A stretch of DNA of 63,968 nt, the filler included, from Klebsormidium nitens (lineage: Eukaryota; Plantae; Klebsormidiophyceae), in NCBI GenBank assembly GCA_000708835.1. It is 7 parts of 7 records of this genome, joined end to end, with 100 filler letters (N's around TTAATTAATTAA, not from the genome) between each part and the next. Parts side by side here need not be neighbours in the genome. Positions count along the whole stretch, not along the records: positions 50,266 to 55,005 come from DF237158.1; positions 55,106 to 59,506 come from DF238240.1; positions 59,607 to 62,505 come from DF237869.1; positions 62,606 to 63,968 come from DF237237.1; 3 more parts are not named here. One strand, given 5' to 3'. Of this stretch, positions 54,455 through 63,846 are shown one piece after another; within the stretch, counting starts at the first letter, position 1, and every line of letters starts with the position of its first letter. Position numbers and translations under genes: made by a program. Under the pieces are notes generated by a model. That model was not told the DNA's origin. It was given only the letters and a program-made list of their open reading frames with translations, and made no database searches.

Positions 54455-54713
54455 TATGGCAGCTTATAAAACTAGTATAGAGCAATATTATGTTCTTGCC
54501 CTCACTTCTGACTCAAAGTAGATGTACCGCGTTATGTCCCTCCTAATTGGCGCCGACGCCAAGCCGACGTGCCGTACCTGAAGTTTCATGCTCATTACAG
54601 CTCCGCTGTAGCCTTAGGCTAAGCTGAGGCTAATCTCGGCTTCGAGGTCAGCCCCTCGCCCTGTAGGCTGTACTACGGTAGGCTGTGGCCAGTGTAGCCT
54701 GTAGCCTGTACTA

Positions 54714-55003
54714 CCGTAGTCCAACGTGATGATTCCGAACGATTTTATCTTGAATTATTTTCCAACAATCCGACCAGGAATGCGGAATTATTTATGCAGA
54801 TTCCGACATCAATCCGAATGCCCTATGTTCCCAGTAAGAAGGGGATTTTAAGGCTGATTTTGGCCGTTTTGGGGCTTCCGAGGACAATCCTAGATTTATT
54901 TAACCTTTCCGAATTTCCACTTTCCGAATGAGAAATCCGAATTCCTGACTTTCCGAATGCAAATAATTATTTATTTATTCGGAATCATTACCTTGGACTA
55001 CGG
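54714..55003. mobile_element. 290-bp TA-target MITE, same family as 36917-37240
   Basis: TIRs CCGTAGTCCAACGTGATGATTCCGAA / TTCGGAATCATTACCTTGGACTACGG, TA on both sides. One end is near-identical to the first copy over about 50 bp (CCAAGGTA[A]TGATTCCGAATAAATAAATAATTATTTGCATTCGGAAAGT). Confidence 0.82.
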
Positions 55004-55005
55004 TA

Positions 55006-55105
55006 NNNNNNNNNNNNNNNNNNNNNNNNNNNNNNNNNNNNNNNNNNNNTTAATTAATTAANNNNNNNNNNNNNNNNNNNNNNNNNNNNNNNNNNNNNNN
55101 NNNNN
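55006..55105. other. Artificial scaffold spacer
   Basis: N44-TTAATTAATTAA-N44. Confidence 0.98.
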
Positions 55106-55124
55106 CGACACCAAGTCCACCGGC

Positions 55125-55571
55125 ATGCTGCTCCCGGTGCACTTCTACCGCGGGGCGGACCGGCAAGCCCCCATGCCCAGCGCCGCAGTCCGGGCCTTCT
55201 CAGAGAGCTTCCGGCAAGATCTGGACCCGTTCCTCCGGCAGAGCAGCGTCGGTCCGAACATGGCCGCAGAAACCACGTGCGCATACTGCAAGGCCGTCCA
55301 CGCCCGGTCCCTGTACAAGTGCTCGCGTTGCTCGAGCGTGCGCTACTGCGGAAGAGAGTGCCAGAAGTCCCACTGGCGGGCTCACAAACAGGACTGCCAG
55401 CGGACTGCGGACCTGCGCGCGCGTGAGCCTGCACCCCCCCGCTCGCGTGTCCCCGTCGCCGAGCAGCTGCGGGCGGCGATAGCCGAGCAGCAGGAGACCG
55501 AAGAGGATGCGGAGCGCGAGGCCGAGGAGATACGGGCGGCAGTGGCGGCGGCGATTGACAGCAGCGGTTGA
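55125..55571 (+). CDS. zf-MYND protein (possibly 5'-truncated by the scaffold edge)
   Basis: CAYC...LYKCSRCSSVRYCGRECQKSHWRAHKQDC is a complete MYND finger, followed by an acidic coiled coil and a UIM-like EEIRAAVAAAIDS. Confidence 0.85.
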   Translation: MLLPVHFYRGADRQAPMPSAAVRAFSESFRQDLDPFLRQSSVGPNMAAETTCAYCKAVHARSLYKCSRCSSVRYCGRECQKSHWRAHKQDCQRTADLRAREPAPPRSRVPVAEQLRAAIAEQQETEEDAEREAEEIRAAVAAAIDSSG

Positions 55572-55673
55572 GTGTGACGGGAGGTTGCCCGGTTGTGATT
55601 CTTCGACTTGGCTCCTCCGTGTAGGAGCGAAGCGAAACGTAAACAGATTGTACATATCAGTTCTGGAGCGATT

Positions 55674-55701
55674 GTAGGGGTTTAGGGTTTAGGGTTCAGG
55701 G
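55674..55701 (+). repeat. Short interstitial plant-type telomeric repeat
   Basis: GTAGGGG TTTAGGG TTTAGGG TTCAGGG. Confidence 0.6.
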
Positions 55702-55996
55702 TGTTAGAGCTGTACCCTTTGAGTACCATACTGTAAAACATTGAATACGAAAACCTTGTTCTGATCGAACGTTTAGCCTGCCCCTTTGTTTGGGGGCAAA
55801 TGTGGCCGGGATTCTCGTAGCTGAGACGTTTGCGCAGGTGGCTACAGTGTAAAAAAGAGAACATCACGGAGGTTCATTCTTGTAAATAATTGTGCAACTA
55901 TGCATCCCATGCATCATTAATTACAAGAGATTCTCAGTAGACATGTGCTGTACGACTCTATGACGTTCATAAGCAATGCAAGGACATATACTATGA

Positions 55997-56485
55997 TGTT
56001 CCGACTGCTTCCTGCTGCTCGACGACTGCTTATTCGATGCAAAATTTTTGAAGAGTGAAACGATGCGGTTCCTCTTCATGAATGGGAGACACTTCAACCT
56101 CACGCTCATCCTGTCTAGTCAGTACGTCATGGATGTTCCAGCAGCGATTCGAGCAAACAGTGATTATGTCTTCGTTTTCAATGACCCTATTGTGAACAAC
56201 CGCAAGCGCCTCTACGAAAACTATTTCGGGGTCCTACCCAAGTTCTCGGTGTTCGAGGCTGTTTTTAAAGCGTGCACTGCCGATTTTGAATGTTTGGTCC
56301 TCGATAACACTCAAGGGTCCTCGAATGTAGAGGACTCTGTGTTCTGGTATAAAGCACCCATACACAAACCGTTCAAGATCGGGTCGCCTGCGTACTGGAC
56401 CTTTGATAGGCGAAGTTATGGAGAGCACGACGAGGGACAAACATTGGTGACCGTCAATGGGGTCAAGGTTCGAAAATCGAGGTGA
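55997..56485 (+). pseudogene. NCLDV A32-like (FtsK-HerA) virion packaging ATPase, C-terminal half only
   Basis: Walker B FLLLDDCLFD, then MRFLFMNGRHFNLTLILSSQY...AIRANSDYVF...RKRLYENYFG...FEAVFKACTADFECLVLDN...VFWYKA...FKIGSPAYW, the typical giant-virus A32 signature. An in-frame TGA lies at 55994-55996 and no Walker A is visible upstream. Confidence 0.88.
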
Positions 56486-56837
56486 GGACTTGCTTAGGGA
56501 CTTGAGGAACAGACAATCTCATGCCAAGAACCGTTCACGAGAGCTCTAAACCTTCGCACCCTCGGCATGGCCCCCAATTCCGCTCAGTGGAGAGTTGGGG
56601 GAACATGAGGGAAGTTGCGGCTCCTCAACTGAGGGAAAGATGTACCCCATGACAGCACACAACCGGCACCACTTAACGCAACTTAAGAAACAATAAGGTA
56701 CAGCGAAGGGAAACCTTCCTTTATGTCCACCCTCTTCGGACTTGGCCGAGGCCACAATTTAGCGACCTCCCACTTGGACGGCACGTGCAGTGGCGGGCGG
56801 CCATTGACGGTTGAAATTAAAGCCGCGTTCACATCAT

Positions 56838-57251
56838 TCACAACAATCGACATTTTTTGGACACCTCTAGTTGCACTTCTAGCTCGCACACTCTTGCCCT
56901 GATCGCTCTCGAGCGCTCTTCTTCTTTCGTGTATTCCTGGTGGCAGCACTCTACTTTTTCCATTGCTTCTGCAACACTCTTGTCCAGCTCCTGTTTTGCT
57001 GCTGCTGCCTCTGCAACTTCTGCTGCGACCGCTGCCTTCTTTCGCTCAAGCGCCCTTACATCCTCCTGCAAGCACCTCTTCTTATCTGCATAGTGGTCAA
57101 CATCTTTTCTGAGCTGATCCCTTCTATCCTTCAGCTCATGCCTCTCATATATGAGCTCATCATAGTCATCTCTGAGCCTCTTCCTTGCAGATCGTAACTC
57201 GTTCAGAGACTTGTTGGCTTCTCCGCAGAGGTTCTTTACAGCGCTCCTCAC
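56838..57251 (-). CDS. Hypothetical coiled-coil protein or exon
   Basis: Heptad-rich E/K/R/A ORF (LRDDYDELIYERHELKDRRDQLRKDV...). No family recognised. Confidence 0.45.
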   Translation of the reverse strand: MRSAVKNLCGEANKSLNELRSARKRLRDDYDELIYERHELKDRRDQLRKDVDHYADKKRCLQEDVRALERKKAAVAAEVAEAAAAKQELDKSVAEAMEKVECCHQEYTKEEERSRAIRARVCELEVQLEVSKKCRLL

Positions 57252-57849
57252 GGGGACAGTCTTCGACCTCTATCTCACGTGCAGGGTCATCTGCAGGGGC
57301 AGGACAGGTGTCGATGGGGCGAGCAATCTGGTTGAACATAGGTGAAATGGCTTGGCTGTTGCCCTTGCCCAGAAGTGGCAGAGAGAGAGAGAGTGGCAGA
57401 GAGTGGCAGAGAGGGGCCACCGACCAGATCATGGAATACAGCAGAGAAGATGGAACCCTAATTGGCTTTAAGAGTTGGCTTGCTCTTCAAGAGTTGGCTT
57501 GCACCGCTTCTCCCATGCGTTTACAGACAATATCTGGAGTCCAGCTTGGAGCCCGGAGCCCGGAACAATTGAAAGCTTGAATTTACTGTCTATCAAAGCA
57601 TGTGCTTGTTGCCTCTGACGTGGATGACCTGGTGCCTGCATGACCCAAGAAACCGTCACATGTTCAGATGACATGCAGAAAACGCACTGCACCAAACATT
57701 GTGAAAATGCAATGCATTTACTTTCAGCACAGCGACTTTCGACCTGATACGGACCCGGCTGCTGACCCGCATAACCACCATGACCGCTATGATCATGCGC
57801 CGGCATCGTACTCTAAGCGCATTGCGCGCCCGGTGAAAGAACACGGCCA

Positions 57850-58355
57850 AGCACTGCACAGTCCCGGGCGTTTTGAGGACTTTTGCCCGCTATTGAGTGC
57901 CCGGTTGAAGAGAACAGCGCAGCACAGCACAGCACAGCACAGCATGGCCCGGGCATATTTTTTTGATCATTTGCCTGCCATTAAGTGCCCGGTTACGAGC
58001 ATTGCTCAGGACAGCACAGCCCCGGACACTTTTTATCGTTTTTGCCTGCCATTGCGTGGCCGGTGAAAACTCAGGGTCAAAAAATGTACCAGGTACGGCA
58101 GAATGCTGATTCTGAGTGCCCGGGCGGGACCTTGCGTTCCACGCAAGCTGAAAAATGACCTTGCGGTCCACGCAACTTGGGAACCTGACCACATTTCTGG
58201 TCGTTTGCCTGCCATCGAGTGCCCGGTTTTAAGAGCACAGGAGAGCACAGCACAGCACAGCACAGTCCCGGGCATATTTCTGGTCATTTGCCTGCCATCG
58301 AGTGCCCGGTTTTAAGAGCACAGGAGAGCACAGCACAGCACAGCACAGCACGGCA
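57850..58355. repeat. Minisatellite of about 80-bp units with embedded (GCACA)n
   Basis: About 5 units of TTTGCCTGCCAT(C/T)(G/A)AGTGCCCGGTT...GCACAGCACAGCACAG...CCCGGGCATATTT. The two units at about 58195-58355 are nearly identical. Confidence 0.85.
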
Positions 58356-58403
58356 CCGTTCCCCAAAATCATTCCCTTACAGCATTTTCGGAGGGATTGC
58401 GGC

Positions 58404-59506
58404 ATGATGGAGCCCACCGCCGTGTTTAAATGTGTGAAGACATGCATCGATCTTGTGGTGAAAATTCAAGACATGCGCTCAGGCCTTCAATTCCATAAAA
58501 AAAAGGGTGCGGAATTGGTTCGCAGGTGTGAGCTTCTGATGGAGTATTTGAAGGAGGTTATTGCTAGTGGGCCAATTCACGACACGGCTGCTGGTGCGCT
58601 GGAGCAACTGCAAGAACACCTTGTGAGGGCATACGAGGTCCTCAGAAACTGCGGCAAAGGGGCAGTGTACAGGGTGATCAACTACAAAGCCATCAAAGAT
58701 GAGATAGTCGATGTTAACACCTCGATATCAGCCTGTCTTCATGATTACCAATTCTTCATCAGTGTTCCTCGTGCAAGCCAGCCTCACTTGGAGCAGTTAA
58801 AAGATTTAATTGCAGACGTCAATACATATGAAGCGCTCCGTGTGAAAGAGGATCTGGTTGATGACATTCCTCCGGAAGCCTCTGACCTGGATGTAGCAGA
58901 GCCTGAAATTGTTGCCGAAACTGTCCAGATGCTAGCACGGCAGGGAGTGTTTTCTTTGGCAGAGCTGACAGCTTTCCAGGAGGAGGTTTTGGGCAACGAT
59001 GCTCAGATGCTTAGGCTCGTTGGCATTATGGGAGAGGAACAACAGATGCTCATTGCTCAGAAGTTGGCCTCAGAAGAGGAGTATCTGAAGCAGATCGCTG
59101 AGCTGATTGCTAGGACGGAGCAGGCAGAATTATCGGCTCCACCAGAGAGGTTCTTGTGCCCTCTCACACGTGACCCAATGACAGACCCTGTCATATTGAC
59201 TTCAGGGCGAATATACGAGAGGAGTGCTATCGAGCGCTGGTTGCAGAATCACAACACGTGCCCGATAAATAGAGTGCCAGTCGACCCCACAGTCCTTATC
59301 CCAGTGTTCGATCTCAGGGCAGAGATTTTAGAATGGAAGGCATCCAACGGAGCGTCAAGAACCCCCAGCACCCCTTCAAGCACTCTTCAATTTCCCGCAG
59401 GTGCATCAAGTATAGCCGTTAGGTTGGTTCGCGAGCTCGATACCTCTGAACGTCCTCGTCTGCTGGAAACCCTAAAACAGCTTCAGGACCTAGCAAGGGA
59501 AAATGC
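58404..59506 (+). CDS. U-box E3 ligase (PUB-like) with N-terminal four-helix domain, 3'-truncated by scaffold end
   Basis: U-box PPERFLCPLTRDPMTDPVILTSGRIYERSAIERWLQNHNTCP...LIPVFDLRAEILEW. The N-terminal helical domain resembles MCAfunc/MLKL/UND, and the start of an ARM repeat follows the U-box. No intron over about 1.1 kb. Confidence 0.88.
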
Positions 59507-59606
59507 NNNNNNNNNNNNNNNNNNNNNNNNNNNNNNNNNNNNNNNNNNNNTTAATTAATTAANNNNNNNNNNNNNNNNNNNNNNNNNNNNNNNNNNNNNN
59601 NNNNNN
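59507..59606. other. Artificial scaffold spacer
   Basis: N44-TTAATTAATTAA-N44. Confidence 0.98.
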
Positions 59607-59608
59607 CG

Positions 59609-60187
59609 GTGCCGCCCAACCCTTACGAGGTCTTGAAGATCGACGCCTTCACCGGCTCTCAGTACATCTCCGACGCCTACGACTCTAATCGCCACTCCAA
59701 CGAGGCCCATCATCAAGCGTTCAAACGGCTGTGTCCAGATTTCGGCCCCGCCTACTCCAACGCGGACGCCGACCTGAACCGCGCCATCACGAACGTGCTC
59801 ATCCACGTGAAGAGAGTCCCGGAGTACGTCATCCGAGAGGGCAACTTCATCATCGACCCATACTGGCTCCTGGATTGCAGCGCGGGGCAACTCGCCCACT
59901 CCGACGCCAAGTGCCTACGCCTCCAGACCTATTTCGCATACCGGGGGAAGCGCCTGCATGCTGCGACCGTCGCCGACGCCATCCGAGACGCGAAGACCCT
60001 CGAGAAGGACCCGCGGGACACCCCCAAAAAGCACGAGCTGATCGGGCTGTGGAGCCAGAAGCTCGGCTTCGCCACCCCCGCGATCAACACGGACGCGAAT
60101 CACAAGCTGATCTTCAACCCCAGATATGCCGCCAGGGAGTTCGGGTCGTCGGGCCTCGCCTACAAGACGATATGCAACACCTTCTAC
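59609..60187 (+). CDS. Hypothetical virus-like ORF, copy 1 (partial)
   Basis: GC3-rich intronless frame VPPNPYEVLKIDAF...AYKTICNTFY, open at both ends (spacer and 20-N gap). Confidence 0.6.
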
Positions 60188-60209
60188 NNNNNNNNNNNNN
60201 NNNNNNNGG

Positions 60210-60854
60210 GTGCCGCCCAACCCTTACGAGGTCTTGAAGATCGACGCCTTCACCGGCTCTCAGTACATCTCCGACGCCTACGACTCTAATCGCCACTCCA
60301 ACGAGGCTCATCATCAAGCGTTCAAACGGCTGTGTCCGGATTTCGGCCCCGCCTACTCCAACGCGGACGCCGACCTGAACCGCGCCATCACGAACGTGCT
60401 CATCCACGTGAAGAGAGTCCCGGAGTACGTCATCCGAGAGGGCAACTTCATCATCGACCCATACTGGCTCCTGGATTGCAGCGCGGGGCAACTCGCCCAC
60501 TCCGACGCCAAGTGCCTACGCCTCCAGACCTATTTCGCATCCCGGGGCAAGCGCCTGCATGCCGCGACCGTCGCCGACGCCATCCGACACGCAAAGACCC
60601 TCGAGAAGGACCCGCGGGACACCCCCAAAAAGCACGAGCTGATCGGGCTGTGGAGTCAGAAGCTCGGCTTCGCCACCCCTGCGATCAACACGGACGCGAA
60701 CCACAAGCTGATCTTCAACCCCAGATACGCCGCCAGGGAGTTCGGGTCGTCGGGCCTCGCCTACAAGACGATCTGCAACACCTTCTATGTGGAGAGGAAC
60801 CACGGCATGTCCTCCCTGCCGGAGGTGAGGACCGGCGTCCGGGCCTGGGCCTAG
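60210..60854 (+). CDS. Hypothetical virus-like ORF, copy 2 (5' partial)
   Basis: Same protein at an offset of 601 bp, continuing to ...VRTGVRAWA*. Its TAG overlaps the stop of the convergent gene. Confidence 0.65.
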   Translation: MPPNPYEVLKIDAFTGSQYISDAYDSNRHSNEAHHQAFKRLCPDFGPAYSNADADLNRAITNVLIHVKRVPEYVIREGNFIIDPYWLLDCSAGQLAHSDAKCLRLQTYFASRGKRLHAATVADAIRHAKTLEKDPRDTPKKHELIGLWSQKLGFATPAINTDANHKLIFNPRYAAREFGSSGLAYKTICNTFYVERNHGMSSLPEVRTGVRAWA

Positions 60855-61504
60855 TTGAACCTCATCACGATCCTCACGTTCCGCCTCATCACCATCCCCT
60901 CCCGCAGGGGCCTCTTCTGCTCGAGCTTGCCTCCGCCATGATCGCCCCTGCCCCGGTTCCTCCTCAGCGGCTTGCTCGGCTTCCTGTGCCTGCGCGCCAT
61001 GTGCTCCTCGATCTCTTCCTTGTTCTGCCGGGCGAACTCGAGGACCCCTGCCGTCATGGCGAACCGGAGGAAGTTCAACTGGCACACCGTCGTCATCACG
61101 TCGATCGTCTTTGCGTCGGGTCCGTACCCGTGCCTCGCAGCCTCCTCCGGCACGGCAGCGGAAGCGCACGTATTCAGCTCCTTACCCTGCATGTGCTTCT
61201 TCTTCCTCAGATCCATGATCGGAAACATGATCTTGTCCCGCCGGTTGAAAGGGTCGAAGTACCGCTTCGAGTAGGCCTTCAGCTGGTTCCTGTACTCCAA
61301 GGCCAGATGAAACGGATTCCCGCCTACCGGATACACCACGTTCTTGCTCTGAGAGTAGTTCGTGACGAGCCAGTCGATGGTACGCAATGACGGGTACTTC
61401 TTGGACAAGAGAACGTCTAGAAGGACCCTGCAGTGCTCGGGCTCGTCGTAGAATACCCGCAATTTCTCCAGCAACAACCTCTTGTTCTGCACTCCTGTAG
61501 CCAT
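60851..61504 (-). CDS. Conserved NCLDV (giant virus) hypothetical protein
   Basis: SLRTIDWLVTNYS...YRNQLKAYSKRYFDPFNRR...TTVCQLNFLRFA...EEIEEHM matches the SLRxxDWFVTNY / LKxYSKxxFDPFCR / TTxGQLNFFxW pattern I recognise from phycodnavirus and Mimiviridae proteins. Intronless. Confidence 0.82.
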   Translation of the reverse strand: MATGVQNKRLLLEKLRVFYDEPEHCRVLLDVLLSKKYPSLRTIDWLVTNYSQSKNVVYPVGGNPFHLALEYRNQLKAYSKRYFDPFNRRDKIMFPIMDLRKKKHMQGKELNTCASAAVPEEAARHGYGPDAKTIDVMTTVCQLNFLRFAMTAGVLEFARQNKEEIEEHMARRHRKPSKPLRRNRGRGDHGGGKLEQKRPLREGMVMRRNVRIVMRFN

Positions 61505-61831
61505 CGTCGGCTCGATGTGATCCCCGTCGGCCCAGCGCTTCCTTAAGACTCTTTGCGTCTAGGATGTCGCGGGAGAACGGCCGGGTGGACCCAGCTATTT
61601 TCGGACCTGCCTACATACTCGCATTTCTCTCGATGCTCTCTCGCATACTCCGCAACCCGGCGTTCACGCAAGGCCAATGTATCCGGTCAACACCATAACT
61701 ACAACTACTTTGGAGTATCGGACGGGCACATGATCGCACGGGGGCACATGCTCCAGCATCTGATCCGCCACATCATAAAGTAAACAACGATGTTTTATGA
61801 TTTGCGGATAACTTGGCACTCGTGTGGTTGC

Positions 61832-62176
61832 CTACAGCTTGCGCTCTCCTAAAAATCGTGCGGCAGCATCAGGACTCGCCAGAAGACTTGCTACCGGGTC
61901 GCACGTATAAGATTTGAATATCAGATAGTTCAGGACATAACCCCAACCACCGAGCATGGCGAACAGCGAGAATATCAATTTGCTGAAGGCTCCGAAGCCA
62001 TGGTTCGAGTTGCACGACCATGATAGGTAAGCTCCGTACATGCCACCGAGAAGCCAGAACAAGAGGCCTCCTATCAACCAACCCGTCGATGCCTTACTCG
62101 ACTTAGTAGGGGTGGTGAGTTGTGCCGGCTGATCATTATTCTGAATGGTCGGAGTGGTGACAAAATCCATGTTCAT
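61832..62176 (-). CDS. Small two-TM protein of giant-virus type
   Basis: GWLIGGLLFWLLGGMYGAYLSWSCN...SKLIFSLFAMLGGWGYVLNYLIF. The AYLSWxCN-TM-YxxYxI pattern is recalled from NCLDV small membrane proteins. ATG at 62176. Confidence 0.55.
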   Translation of the reverse strand: MNMDFVTTPTIQNNDQPAQLTTPTKSSKASTGWLIGGLLFWLLGGMYGAYLSWSCNSNHGFGAFSKLIFSLFAMLGGWGYVLNYLIFKSYTCDPVASLLASPDAAARFLGERKL

Positions 62177-62505
62177 CCATACAAAATCATGCGAAAAAAA
62201 ATGCGAGTCGTGTGCCCCGAGCATGCTTCATCCCGATATATCGTCATCAAACCGCATGGGGACTCGAACCCCAACCTCAACGAGAGGCAACCCAAAACGT
62301 TTGCGGTTAGTGATGGTGGACCCTATGTGGAGACCTATGTGGGTGGATGGAGACTCTTAAGACCTATGGATGGAAGGTAGACTCTCGAGTGGTAGTGATG
62401 TGAGTGGTGAGACTCTATCGTGAAGGTCGACCGGATTCGGCGGCTTTCGTGCTAAGCCGCCTGCCTTTTTCGCATGCGTTTGTATGCCATTTTTGGCGGC
62501 TCGTG

Positions 62506-62605
62506 NNNNNNNNNNNNNNNNNNNNNNNNNNNNNNNNNNNNNNNNNNNNTTAATTAATTAANNNNNNNNNNNNNNNNNNNNNNNNNNNNNNNNNNNNNNN
62601 NNNNN
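62506..62605. other. Artificial scaffold spacer
   Basis: N44-TTAATTAATTAA-N44. Confidence 0.98.
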
Positions 62606-63056
62606 GACGTCACAGTTGGGCGGATAGCAGAAGCGTGTGACGAGGCAGGGATGTCTCTGCCAATCGAGGTGCGTCATTGTTTAGAAAGCTTATCGAAGGT
62701 TATTTTGTTGGGCTTTTCTTGTCGCCCCCTGAGCTTCCTTTGCAATTCCCTGCTGTATGCTAGTTCGCATTTTGGTTTACGGCCAACTGTCATAAAGCCT
62801 TCTCATTTGAGTCAACACTTGATATTCTCAGCTTCATTGCGAACCTAAAGCCTGAGGGGTTTCCGGCAGCGCGGATTCAGCTTTGAATCAAATCCATTCA
62901 TCCATGATGTAGGATCCTAAAGGCAACAACGAACTTATTCCTCGTCAGTGCCTCCCTGTAAAGTGGCTTCCATTTGTGACCTCTCATTCAACGGGGTGCC
63001 GTTAGAAAGACCAGCGAACTTGAACCCGAACCTCAAACATCACGTCTCCTTTGCAG

Positions 63057-63846
63057 GGCTGCCTTTGGAACTGGTACGAGGGTTTGGACCTGCCCGAAGA
63101 CGTGCGAGACTCCTATCGAGCCCTCGTGCCTGACCCCCTACACGGCATCTACCTCGGCATCTGGCTGTACTTGGTCGACGGCATCCGAGATTGGGCCAAA
63201 AGGCGGTACTCCTCGCAGCTTGCGGCCAAAAAGGTGCGGACAATCGATGCACGTCTGCGAGGGATGCCTCGTGAATCCGGCTTCCGACTGCCGAGGCGCA
63301 AGGGCGTGTACATGGAGAAGAAGAAGACATTCAAGGCCTACGAGCAGCGGAATATGATGCAGGTACGCACGTTTCATTATTGCCGGTGCTGGTTCTCGCA
63401 CTCCCTTTCTAGGTCGTGTATAGCATGCAAAGTGTGTCAGTCTTTTGCGCACTCGTTGATGTTTCTTGGTCCCATTCGAACAACGAACGACGTCATTTGA
63501 AGGCTAGACTTTTTTTTAACTCGAACCGGAAAGTCGTCAAAGAAATCTGTAACGACATGGTAGTCCCGTTGTCCATCCATCCTTTGGGGACTGAGCTCGT
63601 GTCACTTGTGAGGCCGGCTTACCCTAGCCGTAGCAACTTCTGAATTCCAAAAGATGTTCAAGCAAATTCGATTGCAGTGGAAGCGACTACATCTGATCTG
63701 ATGGACCAACTTATTTACACGAGGCGCGCTCTTACGGCAGGTCTTCGTCTTTGCGATCGTTGGCCTCTTCAAGGAGGCAACCGGTCGTGAGCCCTTCGTC
63801 GAGCTCATCGTCCAGTTCCTGGATTGGTACATGGAGCTGACGCGGC
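63057..63846 (+). mobile_element. Plavaka-like transposase, internal spliced exons
   Basis: Exon 63057-63362 (LVPDPLHGIYLG...IDARLRGMPRESGFRLP...TFKAYEQRNMMQ) and exon 63741-about 63846 (VFVFAIVGL...FLDWYMEL) match the Plavaka D.LH..xLG / ID.R...P.F.GLR / F...E.R.++.V...AI.G pattern. GT-AG boundaries are in phase. Confidence 0.6.

Noticed and set aside
55106-62505. One continuous giant endogenous viral element covering A32 and the viral block
   Set aside because: An artificial spacer at 59507-59606 separates them and their base composition differs, so linkage is unproven.
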